A DNA stretch of 62,271 nt, the filler included, from Thermodesulfobacteriota bacterium (GTDB taxonomy: Bacteria; DASVDK01): the NCBI GenBank assembly GCA_036381125.1. It is 5 parts of 5 records of this genome, joined end to end, with 100 filler letters (N's around TTAATTAATTAA, not from the genome) between each part and the next. Parts side by side here need not be neighbours in the genome. Positions count along the whole stretch, not along the records: positions 24,182 to 39,959 come from DASVDK010000008.1; positions 40,060 to 54,000 come from DASVDK010000009.1; 3 more parts are not named here. One strand, 5' to 3'. Every line of letters starts with the position of its first letter. Position 1 is the stretch's first letter. The notes under the pieces were generated by a model. It did not search any database. It had not been told where the DNA came from and saw only the letters and a list, made by a program, of their open reading frames with translations. The position numbers and the translations under genes were made by a program. Shown here piece by piece: positions 36,178 to 46,404 of the stretch.

Positions 36178-38796
36178 ATGGCCGAAGAGACCACCACGAA
36201 GCCGCCGCTCGGCGCGGCGGACCTCGAGCAGCTCGTTGCCGAGGCCGACACCGGCGGTCGCAAGCCGACCGGCGTCGCCCGCCGGGTGCTCTTCGTCGTC
36301 GCCGTCGCCTGGTCGGCGTTCCAGCTCTGGTACGCCTCGCCGCTCCCCTTCGTCCTCGGCGTCGGGATCCTGAACGACACGCAGGCGCGGGCGATCCACC
36401 TCGCGTTCGCCTTCTTCCTGGCCTTCCTGGCCTACCCAGCGTCGAAGCGGGCGCCGCGGACGCGGATCCCGATCGCGGACTGGGTGCTCGCGCTGGTCGC
36501 GGCCGTCACCTCGGCCTACCTGTTCGTGTTCCACCGGGAGCTCGCGCTCCGCCCCGGCATGCCGACCGCGGCCGACCTCGTGACTGCGCTCCTCGGGATC
36601 GTCCTGCTCCTCGAGGCGACCCGCCGGGCCCTCGGGCCGCCCATGGTGGTCGTGGGGCTCGTCTTCCTCGCGTACACGTTCCTCGGCCCCTACATGCCCG
36701 AGGTCATCCAGCACAAGGGCGCCTCGCTCACCAAGACGCTGACCCACCAGTGGCTGACCACCGAAGGGGTGTTCGGCACCGCGCTCGGCGTCTCGACGAG
36801 CTTCGTCTTCCTCTTCGTCCTCTTCGGGTCGCTCCTCGAGAAGGCGGGCGCCGGCAACTACATGATGCAGGTCTCCTTCGCCCTCCTCGGGCACCTGCGC
36901 GGCGGGCCGGCGAAGGTCGCGGTCGTCTCCTCCGCCCTGAACGGCGTCGTCTCCGGCTCGTCGATCTCCAACGTCGTCTCGGGCGGCATCTTCACCATCC
37001 CGATGATGCGGCGGACCGGCCTCAGCGCCGTCAAGGCCGGCGCCATCGAGACCGCCTCCTCCATCAACGGGCAGATCATGCCCCCCGTCATGGGGGCCGC
37101 CGCCTTCCTGATGGTGGAGTACGTCGGGATCCCGTACTCCGAGATCATCCGGCACGCGTTCCTGCCGGCGGTGATCTCGTACGTCGCGCTCTTCTACATC
37201 GTGCACATCGAGGCGCTGAAGCTCGGCACGCAGCCGCTCGCGCGCCGGACGAGCCGGCCGCTCCCGATGCGGCTCCTCAGGCTCGGCCTCGGGATCGCCG
37301 GCACGATCGTCCTCGCCGGGGTCGTCTACTACGGCGTCGGCGCCCTCGAGGCGCTCCTCGGCTCCGCCGCCGGCCCGGTGCTCGTCGTCCTCCTCGTCGC
37401 CGCCTACGTCGCCTCGGTCTGGTACGCCTCGCGCTTCCCCGACCTCGAGCTGGACGACCCGAACGCGCCGGTGTTCCACCTGCCGGAGACCTGGCCGACG
37501 GTCCGCACCGGCCTCCACTTCCTCCTCCCGCTGGCCGTCCTCCTCTGGTGCCTGATGGTCGAGATGCTCTCGCCCGGGCTCTCGGCCTTCTGGGGCACGG
37601 CGGCCATGATCGCCATCGTCCTCACCCAGCGGCCGCTCTTCGCGTGGTTCCGCGGGCAGGGCGCCGTCCCGGCCTTCCGGCAGGGGTGGCGCGACTTCAT
37701 CGAGGGGATGGAGCTCGGCGCGCGCAACATGATCGCCATCGGCATCGCCACCGCCACGGCCGGGATCGTCGTCGGCACGATCACGCTCACCGGCCTCGGC
37801 TTCATGATGACCGACTTCGTCGAGTTCATCTCCGGCGGCAACGTCATCCTCATGCTCGTGCTCACGGCGATGATCAGCCTCGTCCTCGGCATGGGGATCC
37901 CGACGACCGCCAACTACATCATCGTCGCCACCCTCATGGCGCCGGTCATCGTCGAGCTGGGGGCGCAGGCGGGGCTCGCCATCCCGCTGATCGCCGTCCA
38001 CCTCTTCGTCTTCTACTTCGGGATCATGGCCGACGTGACGCCGCCGGTCGGCCTCGCGTCGTACGCGGCGGCCGCCATCTCGGGCGCCGACCCGATCAAG
38101 ACCGGTCTCCAGGGCTCGGTCTACGCCCTCCGCACGGTGCTCCTGCCGTTCTTCTTCATCTTCGAGCCGACCCTCCTCCTGATGGACCTGCACTCCTGGG
38201 GGGAGACGCTGCTCGTGATCGCCGCCGCCACGCTCGGGATGCTCGTCTTCGCCGCCGCGACCATGGGCTTCTTCCTGACCCGCAGTCGGCTCTGGGAGAC
38301 CGCGGCCCTCCTCCTCGTCACCTTCACGCTCCTTCGGCCCGGCTTCTGGATGGACCGGATCGCCCCGCCCTACGAGGACGCCTCGCCGGCGCGGCTCGAG
38401 GAGGTCGTGGCCGCGACCCCCCCGAAGGGGCGGTTGCAGATGCGCGTCGAGGGGCTCAGCATCGAGGGGGACGACGTGCGGAAGGTGGTGAGCGTGCGCC
38501 TCGACACGGCCGGGACGCCGGCCGAGCGCCTCGCCGCCGCCGGCCTCGCGCTCCGGCGGACCGGCGAGGACCTGCAGGTGGCGCAGGTGCGGTTCGGCAG
38601 CTACGCCGAGCGGCTCGGCCTCGAGCCCGGCTTCCGGATCACGGCGGTCAGGGTTCCGACCGCCCGCCCGCCGGCGGCGCTCTTCTACATCCCGGCGCTC
38701 CTGCTCCTCGGCGTCGTGGTCGCCGCGCAGCGCGCGCGACGCGGGGCTCGTCCGGCGGCGACCCCGGGCGTTCCCGATCGGCCGGCGGCGGCTTGA
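36178..38796 (+). CDS. TRAP transporter fused 4TM/12TM permease (TAXI-associated, DUF3394-like C-terminus)
   Basis: LLEATRR, EGVFG, GGPAKVAV, GQIMPPVMGAAAF, GMGIPTTANY, ADVTPPV. Confidence 0.94.
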   Translation: MAEETTTKPPLGAADLEQLVAEADTGGRKPTGVARRVLFVVAVAWSAFQLWYASPLPFVLGVGILNDTQARAIHLAFAFFLAFLAYPASKRAPRTRIPIADWVLALVAAVTSAYLFVFHRELALRPGMPTAADLVTALLGIVLLLEATRRALGPPMVVVGLVFLAYTFLGPYMPEVIQHKGASLTKTLTHQWLTTEGVFGTALGVSTSFVFLFVLFGSLLEKAGAGNYMMQVSFALLGHLRGGPAKVAVVSSALNGVVSGSSISNVVSGGIFTIPMMRRTGLSAVKAGAIETASSINGQIMPPVMGAAAFLMVEYVGIPYSEIIRHAFLPAVISYVALFYIVHIEALKLGTQPLARRTSRPLPMRLLRLGLGIAGTIVLAGVVYYGVGALEALLGSAAGPVLVVLLVAAYVASVWYASRFPDLELDDPNAPVFHLPETWPTVRTGLHFLLPLAVLLWCLMVEMLSPGLSAFWGTAAMIAIVLTQRPLFAWFRGQGAVPAFRQGWRDFIEGMELGARNMIAIGIATATAGIVVGTITLTGLGFMMTDFVEFISGGNVILMLVLTAMISLVLGMGIPTTANYIIVATLMAPVIVELGAQAGLAIPLIAVHLFVFYFGIMADVTPPVGLASYAAAAISGADPIKTGLQGSVYALRTVLLPFFFIFEPTLLLMDLHSWGETLLVIAAATLGMLVFAAATMGFFLTRSRLWETAALLLVTFTLLRPGFWMDRIAPPYEDASPARLEEVVAATPPKGRLQMRVEGLSIEGDDVRKVVSVRLDTAGTPAERLAAAGLALRRTGEDLQVAQVRFGSYAERLGLEPGFRITAVRVPTARPPAALFYIPALLLLGVVVAAQRARRGARPAATPGVPDRPAAA

Positions 38797-38884
38797 GCGG
38801 CCGAACGACCAGGCGGGGGCGGCCCTCCGGTTCGAGGCGCCGCCTCCGCCACGAGACCATGACCCTGCGTCCCTCGTCCCGACC

Positions 38885-39733
38885 GTGACTGCCGACGCGC
38901 GTGGCGCCCTCTACCTCACCGGGGCGGTCGCGGCCCTCACCGTGGTGTCCGCGATCATCAAGCACCTCACGGCCGACCTGCCGGTCGCGGTCGTCGTCTT
39001 CTTCCGGCACCTGGCGGCGACGCTCTGCTTCCTCCCGATGGTCGCCCGATCCGGCTTCGGGCTCCTCCGGACCGAGAACCTCCCCGGCCACGTCTGGCGA
39101 GCCACGCTCGGGTACACGAGCTTCATGGCGTTCGCCTACGCCCTGGAGCAGCTCCTGCTGGCGGACGCGATCGCCCTCGCCTTCACCGCGCCGCTCTGGT
39201 CCACCCTGCTCGCCGTCGTCGTCCTGCGCGAGGCGGTCTCGCGCGGCCGCGTCCTCGCCCTCCTCGCCGGCCTCCTCGGCGTCCTGCTGATCGCCCGGCC
39301 GGCCGGGCAGTTCGAGCCCGCGTCGGTCGTCGCCGTCGCCGGTGCGGGCTGCACGAGCCTCGCGATGCTCGCCGTGAAGCAGCTCTCCCGCACCGAGCCG
39401 CCCGAGCGGATCGCGTTCTACTTCATGGCGATCGGCTCGGTGCTGAGCGCCGTGCCGGCGGCCTTCGCCTGGCAGACGCCGGCCGTCGCGACGGTTCCGT
39501 GGTTCGTCGTCATCGGCGTGCTGTCGTGGGCGGGGCAGATCTGCCTCTCGCGCGGCTACGCCATCGGGCAGTTCTCCCGGATGGCCCTCGTGGACCTCCT
39601 CCGGCTCCCGTTCTCGCTGCTCCTCGGCCTGGTCGTCTTCGGCGAGGCGCCCGACCTCCTCGCCGCGGCCGGGATGGCCCTCATCGGGGCCGCGTCCGTG
39701 TACACGGTCATCGAGGGGCGACGGAGCGGCTGA
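38885..39733 (+). CDS. DMT/EamA family transporter
   Basis: Two EamA-like halves; FTAPLW, LREAV, VFGEAPD. Confidence 0.88.
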   Translation: MTADARGALYLTGAVAALTVVSAIIKHLTADLPVAVVVFFRHLAATLCFLPMVARSGFGLLRTENLPGHVWRATLGYTSFMAFAYALEQLLLADAIALAFTAPLWSTLLAVVVLREAVSRGRVLALLAGLLGVLLIARPAGQFEPASVVAVAGAGCTSLAMLAVKQLSRTEPPERIAFYFMAIGSVLSAVPAAFAWQTPAVATVPWFVVIGVLSWAGQICLSRGYAIGQFSRMALVDLLRLPFSLLLGLVVFGEAPDLLAAAGMALIGAASVYTVIEGRRSG

Positions 39734-39893
39734 CGCGCCCGGCTCCCCCCGGAAGCCGGCTACACTGACGGCGTGACGTCGCGCCGCCTCGCGCCGCTCG
39801 GGAGCGCTCACCGGTCCGGCGCCGCGGCCCTCGCGCGCCGCGGGGAGCCCTGCACGCTCGCCGGCCGGCGCACGGCGGCCGGGTGAGCCGCGC

Positions 39894-39959
39894 GTGCGGG
39901 TCCGCGGGGTACTGCTCGCCACCATCCTCGGCTCGAGCCTGGAGTTCCTCGAGGCGTCC
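39894..39959 (+). CDS. 5' end of a second MFS transporter paralogue (cut by contig end)
   Basis: VRVRGVLLATILGSSLEFLEAS closely matches RGWVLAATILGSTLGFLESS of the MFS at 30277. Confidence 0.6.
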
Positions 39960-40059
39960 NNNNNNNNNNNNNNNNNNNNNNNNNNNNNNNNNNNNNNNNN
40001 NNNTTAATTAATTAANNNNNNNNNNNNNNNNNNNNNNNNNNNNNNNNNNNNNNNNNNNN
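39960..40059. other. Artificial contig linker
   Basis: N44-TTAATTAATTAA-N44. Confidence 0.99.
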
Positions 40060-40543
40060 CGCAGCGCGGGCAGACGAGCCGCGCCGGGTCGGCCGGCTCG
40101 GGGATCGCCACGAGGTCGCGCGAGCACCCGGCCGCGCAGCGCATCAGGTCGAGGTTGCCGTGGACCTGGTAGGTGCGGGCGGGGCTGTTGCCGGCCCGCA
40201 GGTGGAGGCCGTCCACGTTCTGCGTGACGAGGAGGAAGCGGTCGCCGAGCGCGGCCTCGAGCCGGGCGAGCGCCAGGTGGGCCGCGTTGGGAGCGGCCGC
40301 GCGGCAGACCGCGCGGCGGTGGAGGTACCAGCCCCACACGTCGTCCGGCATGGCGTCGAAGGCGGCCCGCGTGGCCAGCTCCATCGGCCGGTAGTGGCGC
40401 GAGCCGACGCGCCAGTAGCCGTCTGGCCCGCGGAACGTCGGGATCCCGCTCTCCGCCGAGACGCCGGCGCCGGTGAGCGCCACGAGCGGCCCCGATCCCG
40501 CGGCGGCCCGTTCGATCAGCTCCTCGAGTCGCCCGTCCGTCAC
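40060..40543 (-). CDS. cobB: NAD-dependent protein deacylase, sirtuin (3' truncated)
   Basis: GAGVSAESGIPTFRG, WY..RR, PNAAH, TQNVDGLH, HGN, CxxC. Confidence 0.9.
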
Positions 40544-40549
40544 GCGCCA

Positions 40550-40555
40550 AGTATA
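40550..40555 (-). promoter_or_regulatory. -10 box of a probable leaderless sirtuin transcript
   Basis: TATACT on the minus strand, 6 nt upstream of GTG 40543; no SD. Confidence 0.55.
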
Positions 40556-40591
40556 CCGGGAGCCGGCGCGCGTCTCGCAGGCGCGGCCGGC

Positions 40592-40726
40592 GTGCCGATC
40601 GGCTACGCGCTCCTCGTGCTGGGCGCCCTGCTCTTCGCGGCCGGGCTCGTCACCGGCAACGTCTGGCTGATCGCACCGGGGCTCGTCCTGGTCCCGGTCG
40701 GCTTCGTGACGGGCCTGCGCCGTTAG
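40592..40726 (+). CDS. Possible small two-TM membrane protein (44 aa)
   Basis: VPIGYALLVLGALLFAAGLVTGNVWLIAPGLVLVPVGFVTGLRR fills an intergenic gap with normal codon bias. Confidence 0.4.
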   Translation: MPIGYALLVLGALLFAAGLVTGNVWLIAPGLVLVPVGFVTGLRR

Positions 40727-41166
40727 ACCCGGATCCGCTCGAGGGCGGCGCGCATCGCCTCGGGCACCGGGACCGGGCGCCGGGAGCGCCGGTCGACGTA
40801 CACGTGGACGAAGTGGCCGCGCGCGGCCGTCTCGCTCGCCTCGTTGCGGAAGATGCCGACCTCGTAGCGCACGCTGCTCGTGCCGACGTGCGTCACCGCG
40901 AGCCCGGCGTCCACGACGTCTGGGAAGGCGATCGCCGTGAAGTAGTGGCAGCGCGTCTCCACGACGAGGCCGATCACGGGGCTCGTGCGCGGGTCGAGCA
41001 CCCCGGCCGACACGAGGTACCCGTTCACCACGGTGTCGAAGAACGAGTAGTAGACGACGTTGTTCACGTGGCCGTACACATCGTCGTCCATCCAGCGGGT
41101 GGTGATCCTCGCGAAGTGCCGGTAGCGCTCGCGTCCCACGGGCCTCGGCCGCTCGTCGTGCGTCAT
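40723..41166 (-). CDS. Acyl-CoA thioesterase (4HBT/YbgC hotdog fold)
   Basis: TTRWMDDDVYGHVNNVVYY, GTSSVRYEVG, FVHVYVD. Confidence 0.92.
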   Translation of the reverse strand: MTHDERPRPVGRERYRHFARITTRWMDDDVYGHVNNVVYYSFFDTVVNGYLVSAGVLDPRTSPVIGLVVETRCHYFTAIAFPDVVDAGLAVTHVGTSSVRYEVGIFRNEASETAARGHFVHVYVDRRSRRPVPVPEAMRAALERIRV

Positions 41167-41475
41167 GTGTCGCCTGCCTCCGCAAGGCCGAGAGCGTAGC
41201 CGTGCGGCGCCGAGCCGTAAAGGCGGCCCGCGGTCCGGGAGGCGACCGTCCCTCGGCCGTCCGGCTGCCGAGCCGGAGCGGTCCGGGAGCCGCCGTCGAG
41301 CCGACGCCGGCCCCGCCGCGCGCGGACGCCCGCTTTCCGCTATTCTTCGACCACCGCGCGAATCGGCCCCGCTTACGCGATCTGGACCACCATACGACCG
41401 CCCCGAGCCTCCATCGCCGTGGGCGGACCCGTTTCCCGCGCACGAGCCGTACACCGCCTGCTGGAGACCGATCCG

Positions 41476-42582
41476 ATGCCCCGACGCCCGAGTCCCGCGC
41501 GGAGCGTGCTCGGTCTGCTCGCCGCCCTGCTCCTTTCGACCCCCCTCGCGGCGTGCCAGCGCGAGCCGGCCCAGGCGACCGCCGGCCGGGCACCCGCCGG
41601 CGTACCGGTCAGGCTGGCCACCGTCCAGGAGACCGACATCCAGGACTGGACCGAGTACGTTGCCACTCTCAAGTCCCGACGCTCGGTCACGCTGCAGCCC
41701 CAGGTGGACGGCCGGATCCAGCGCATCCTCGTGCACCCCGGCGCGAGGGTGAAGGCGGGCGACCCGATCCTCCAGCTCGACGCCTCGAAGCAGCAGGCCA
41801 CGCTCCGCGGCCAGCAGGCCGCCCTCGTCTCCCGTCGGGCCACGCTCGAGTTCGACCGGCAGCAGTACGAACGCCTCTCCCGGCTCTACAAGGACGGCGT
41901 GGTGAGCCGGCAGCAGCTCGACCAGGCCAGGTCCACCCTCGAGGCGACGCGGGCCGATGTCGACGCGCTCGAGGCCCAGGTGCGGGAGCAGGCGGTCCAG
42001 CTCCGCTACTTCCGCGTCACGGCCCCCTCCGACGGCATCATCGGCGACATCCCGGTGCGCGAAGGGGACTACGTGACGACCTCGACGGTCCTCACGACGC
42101 TCGACCAGAACCTGGCGCTCGAGGTGAACGTGTCGGTCCCCATCGAGCGGGCGCGGGAACTCGCCATCGGGATGCCGGTGCTCCTCGTCGACCGGGAGGG
42201 GAAGACGATCGCGACCTCCCGCATCAGCTTCGTCTCGCCCCAGGTGAACGACGCGACCCAGTCGGTCCTCGTCAAGACGATCGTGGAGAACACGACCGGC
42301 GACCTGAGGACCGAGCAGTTCGTCCGCGCGCGCATCGTCTGGCAGACGCGCAAGGGCCCGGTCGTGCCGACGGCGGCCGTCACCCGCCTCAACGGGCAGC
42401 CGTTCGCCTTCGTGGCCGAGGAGGACGGCGGCACGCTCGTCGCCCGGCAGCGGCCGATCGAGGTGGGCACCATCATCGGCAACGACTACGTGGTCCTCGA
42501 GGGGATCGAGCCGGGCGACCGGGTCGTCGTGTCGGGCATCCAGAAGCTCCGCGACGGCACGCCGCTCGCGCCCGAGTCGTAA
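41476..42582 (+). CDS. RND efflux periplasmic adaptor (lipoprotein)
   Basis: Lipobox LAAC; PQVDGRI, VKAGD, VTAPSDG, VVVSGIQKL. Confidence 0.93.
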   Translation: MPRRPSPARSVLGLLAALLLSTPLAACQREPAQATAGRAPAGVPVRLATVQETDIQDWTEYVATLKSRRSVTLQPQVDGRIQRILVHPGARVKAGDPILQLDASKQQATLRGQQAALVSRRATLEFDRQQYERLSRLYKDGVVSRQQLDQARSTLEATRADVDALEAQVREQAVQLRYFRVTAPSDGIIGDIPVREGDYVTTSTVLTTLDQNLALEVNVSVPIERARELAIGMPVLLVDREGKTIATSRISFVSPQVNDATQSVLVKTIVENTTGDLRTEQFVRARIVWQTRKGPVVPTAAVTRLNGQPFAFVAEEDGGTLVARQRPIEVGTIIGNDYVVLEGIEPGDRVVVSGIQKLRDGTPLAPES

Positions 42583-42589
42583 GGGCCCC

Positions 42590-45500
42590 ATGTTCGTCGA
42601 CTTCTTCATCCGCCGGCCGATCTTCGCCTCGGTCTGCTCGCTGCTCATCATCCTCGCCGGCGCCGTGAGCATCCCGATCCTGCCGATCGCCCAGTACCCT
42701 GAGCTTGCGCCGCCGCAGGTGAACGTCTCCGCGGTCTACACCGGCGCGAACGCGCAGGTGGTCGAGTCGGCCGTCACGATCCCCCTCGAGCAGGCGATCA
42801 ACGGCGTCGAGGGGATGAAGTACATGACCTCCAGCTCGGGCAACGACGGCACGAGCCAGATCACCGTCACCTTCGACGTCGGTCGCGACCTCGACCTCGC
42901 GGCCGTCGACGTCCAGAACCGGATCTCCCGGGTGGAGGGCCAGCTGCCGCAGACCGTCCGGGACAACGGCATCCAGGTGAACAAGGCCTCCACCGCCTTC
43001 GTCCTCGCCGTCGGCCTCTACGCGGAGAACGGCGAGTACAGCAACCTCTTCCTGAGCAACTACGCCGACGTCTACATGGTGGACGCGCTCAAGCGGGTCG
43101 AGGGGGTGGGCGAGGTCAGGATCTTCGGCGAGCGGAAATACGCCATGCGGATCTGGCTCGATCCGCAGCGGCTCGCCGCGCGCAACCTCACCGCGCCGGA
43201 CGTGGTCGGCGCCCTTCGCGAGCAGAACGTCCTCGTCCCGGCGGGGCAGGTCGGCCAGGCGCCGGCCGTACCCGGACAGCAGTACCAGATCACGGTGCGC
43301 GCGCAGGGGCGGCTCACGGACCCGGAGGAGTTCGGGCGGATCGTCCTCAAGACGGGCGACGACGGGACGCTCGTGCAGCTCAAGGACGTCGGCCGGGTGG
43401 AGCTCGGCGCCGAGAACTACAACAGCGTCCTGCGCTTCAACGGCTACGAAGGGGTCGGCCTCGGCGTCATCCAGCTTGCGACCGCCAACGCCCTCGAGGT
43501 GGAGCGCAACGTGCGGGCCGAGCTCGAGCGGCTCGCGCAGAGCTTTCCGCCCGGCATGCAGTACGCCATCGCGTTCAACACGACGACCGTCATCGCGGAG
43601 TCGATCCGGGAGGTCGTGACGACGCTCTTCGAGGCGATCGCCCTCGTCATCCTCGTGATCTTCGTCTTCCTCCAGACCTGGCGGGCGACGGTCATCCCGG
43701 CCATCACGATCCCGGTGTCGCTCGTCGGCACCTTCGCCTTCGTGAAGCTCTTCGGCTTCTCCATCAACACGCTCACCCTCTTCGGCCTGACGTTGGCGAC
43801 CGGCCTCGTCGTGGACGACGCCATCGTCGTCATCGAGAACATCGAGCGCCACATCCACGACAAGCGGGAGAGCCCGAGGGTGGCGTCGTCGCGCGCGATG
43901 GGCGAGGTGACCGGCGCCGTCATCGCCATGTCGCTCGTCGTCATCGCGGTCTTCGTGCCGGTCGCCTTCTTCCCGGGGACGGCGGGGCGGCTCTACAACC
44001 AGTTCGCGCTCACGATCGCCTTCTCGATCGCGCTGTCGACCTTCAACGCCCTCACGCTCACGCCGGCCCTCTCGGCGCTCCTCCTCGCGCCGGGCGGCGC
44101 GAAGACGCGCGGCGTCTTCGGCTGGGTGAACCGGGTGATCGCCGCCTCGACGGACGGCTACGTCCGGTCGCTGCGCCGGCTGCTGCGGCTGCGGCTCGCG
44201 ATGCTCGGCGCCTTCGCGGTGCTCCTGCTCCTCACCTGGTGGGTCTACCGCCTCGTCCCGACGAGCTTCGTGCCCGAGGACGACCAGGGGTACTTCATCA
44301 CGCAGGTCCAGGCGCCGGCCGGGACGTCGCTCCAGTACACGACCGACGTGGCCAAGAAGGTGGAGGCGATCCTCGGCGAGGAGGACGAGGTGCAGGCAAC
44401 CTTCGCCGCCATCGGCTTCAGCTTCGGCGGATCGGCGCCCAACAAGGCGCTGGTCTTCTCGCCGCTCAGGCCGATGGACGAGCGCACCGAGCCGGACGAG
44501 AAGGCCGCGGCCGTCATCAACCGGGTGCGGGGGCGGATGCTCGCCCTGCCCGACGCGATCGTCGTGCCGTTCGGCCCGCCGGCCGTGCGCGGCATCGGGA
44601 ATTTCGGCGGGTTCCAGTTCCAGGTGCAGGACCGGTCGGGCGGACCGCCCGAGGCGCTCGCCGCGGCGGTCTCCGGCGTGCTGGGGGAGGGGAACCAGCA
44701 GCCCGGCCTGCGCGGGCTCTTCACCGCCTTCACGGCCAACGACCCGCAGTTCCTCGTCTCGATCGACCGCGAGAAGGCCAAGGCGCTCGGCGTGCCGCTC
44801 TCGGACATCGCCGCCACGCTGCAGGTGTACATGGGCTCGCAGCACGTCAACGACTTCGAGTTCAACAACCGGTCGTACCGCGTCTACGTGCAGGCGGACC
44901 GGCAGTTCCGGGCGAGCCCCAGGGACATCAAGGAGTTCTACGTGCGGTCGGGCTCGGGCGACATGATCCCGCTCGACAACCTCGTGACGATCCGCGAGGT
45001 CACGGCGCCGCAGACCATCAACCACTTCAACCTCTTCCGGTCGGCCGAGATCATCGGCGCCGCCGCGCCCGGCTACAGCTCCGGCGAGGCCATCGCGGCG
45101 ATGGAGGAGACGGCTCGCCGGGTGCTCCCCCAGGGGATGACCTATGCCTGGTCGGGCCTCGCCCTCGAGGAGATCGAGGCGGGGCGGACGGCGCTCGTCA
45201 TCTTCGGGCTCGGCGTCCTGGTCGTCTTCCTGGTTCTCGCGGCGCAGTACGAGAGCTGGGTGCTGCCCGGCATCGTCATGCTCGCCGTCCCGGTCGCCAT
45301 CCTCGGCGCCCTCGGCGCGCAGCTGCTGCGCGGCTTCGACAACGACGTCTTCTGCCAGATCGGCCTGGTCCTCCTGATCGGGCTCGCGGCGCGCAACGCC
45401 ATCCTGATCGTCGAGTTCGCCGAGCAGCTCCGGGCCCGGGGCGAGGGGCTCGTCGACGCAACCATCGAGGCCTCGAGGCTCCGCCTGCGCCCGATCCTCA

Positions 45501-45733
45501 TGACCTCCTTCGCCTTCATCCTCGGCCTCCTGCCGCTCGTCTTCGCGAGCGGTGCCGGGTCGGTCGCCCGCAACTCGCTGGGGACCGCGGTGGCCGGCGG
45601 GATGCTCGTGTCGACGCTGCTCAACCTCTTCCTGATCCCGGTGCTCTACCTGATCGTGGAGGGGCTCAGGGAACGGGTCCTCGGGGCGAAGGCGTACGAG
45701 GCGCGGCACGAGACGCCCGGCGGCGAGGGGTAG
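42590..45733 (+). CDS. RND efflux permease, HAE1/AcrB family
   Basis: FFIRRPIFA, QYPELAPP, GLVVDDAIVVIEN, RNAILIVEFA, RLRPILMTS. Confidence 0.97.
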   Translation: MFVDFFIRRPIFASVCSLLIILAGAVSIPILPIAQYPELAPPQVNVSAVYTGANAQVVESAVTIPLEQAINGVEGMKYMTSSSGNDGTSQITVTFDVGRDLDLAAVDVQNRISRVEGQLPQTVRDNGIQVNKASTAFVLAVGLYAENGEYSNLFLSNYADVYMVDALKRVEGVGEVRIFGERKYAMRIWLDPQRLAARNLTAPDVVGALREQNVLVPAGQVGQAPAVPGQQYQITVRAQGRLTDPEEFGRIVLKTGDDGTLVQLKDVGRVELGAENYNSVLRFNGYEGVGLGVIQLATANALEVERNVRAELERLAQSFPPGMQYAIAFNTTTVIAESIREVVTTLFEAIALVILVIFVFLQTWRATVIPAITIPVSLVGTFAFVKLFGFSINTLTLFGLTLATGLVVDDAIVVIENIERHIHDKRESPRVASSRAMGEVTGAVIAMSLVVIAVFVPVAFFPGTAGRLYNQFALTIAFSIALSTFNALTLTPALSALLLAPGGAKTRGVFGWVNRVIAASTDGYVRSLRRLLRLRLAMLGAFAVLLLLTWWVYRLVPTSFVPEDDQGYFITQVQAPAGTSLQYTTDVAKKVEAILGEEDEVQATFAAIGFSFGGSAPNKALVFSPLRPMDERTEPDEKAAAVINRVRGRMLALPDAIVVPFGPPAVRGIGNFGGFQFQVQDRSGGPPEALAAAVSGVLGEGNQQPGLRGLFTAFTANDPQFLVSIDREKAKALGVPLSDIAATLQVYMGSQHVNDFEFNNRSYRVYVQADRQFRASPRDIKEFYVRSGSGDMIPLDNLVTIREVTAPQTINHFNLFRSAEIIGAAAPGYSSGEAIAAMEETARRVLPQGMTYAWSGLALEEIEAGRTALVIFGLGVLVVFLVLAAQYESWVLPGIVMLAVPVAILGALGAQLLRGFDNDVFCQIGLVLLIGLAARNAILIVEFAEQLRARGEGLVDATIEASRLRLRPILMTSFAFILGLLPLVFASGAGSVARNSLGTAVAGGMLVSTLLNLFLIPVLYLIVEGLRERVLGAKAYEARHETPGGEG

Positions 45734-46005
45734 CCGCACTCGCCTGCCCGCGGCCTCGCTCCGCGAGCTACGCATTCCCCGGTTTTGCTTGACGAGCGAT
45801 CCCTATTCGGCATATACGGCCTGGCGATGCTCGTGGTCCCGGCGACGGCCTCGGCTCGCGCGCCTGCGATCTCGCCTGGCCTCGAGCGGCTGACGCCGGG
45901 TCAGGCGGCGGGCGTCGCGAGGACGTCGAGTTATCCAGGTCAGCCTGATTGGCGTCGGCCGCGCGTCAGATCGATTGAGCAGGTCGATGTGGAGGGAGAC
46001 GCACC

Positions 46006-46290
46006 ATGGTTATCCGACGGGTCGGTCCGTTGTCCTGCGGGAAGGTCGGCGGCATCCTCTATGCCATCCTCGGACTCATCTTCGGCGCCGGCATGTCCCT
46101 CGTTTCCTGGCTGCACGTTGCGTCTGGCGAGGCCGAGGGCACCGGGGTGCCGGCGCTGTTCGGGGTAGCCGCCGTGGTGCTCCTCCCGATCTTCTACGGC
46201 GCCGTGGGCTTCGTTGGCAGCCTGCTCATGGCAGCCCTGTACAACGGGGTGGTGCGGCTCGTTGGCGGCCTCACCGTCGAGGTCGAGTAA
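46006..46290 (+). CDS. Small membrane protein (DUF3566-like)
   Basis: MVIRRVGPLSCGKV...LYNGVVRLVGGLTVEVE; GGAGG SD. Confidence 0.7.
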   Translation: MVIRRVGPLSCGKVGGILYAILGLIFGAGMSLVSWLHVASGEAEGTGVPALFGVAAVVLLPIFYGAVGFVGSLLMAALYNGVVRLVGGLTVEVE

Positions 46291-46404
46291 AGCGCGCAGC
46301 GGCACCGGCGATGGCGGCCAACGGCGCGTTGGAGCGGCCCGGCGCCGCAAGCGCGTGACGGATGCGCCGGCCGCTCGACGCAGGCACTGGACCGGCAGGG
46401 CAAC

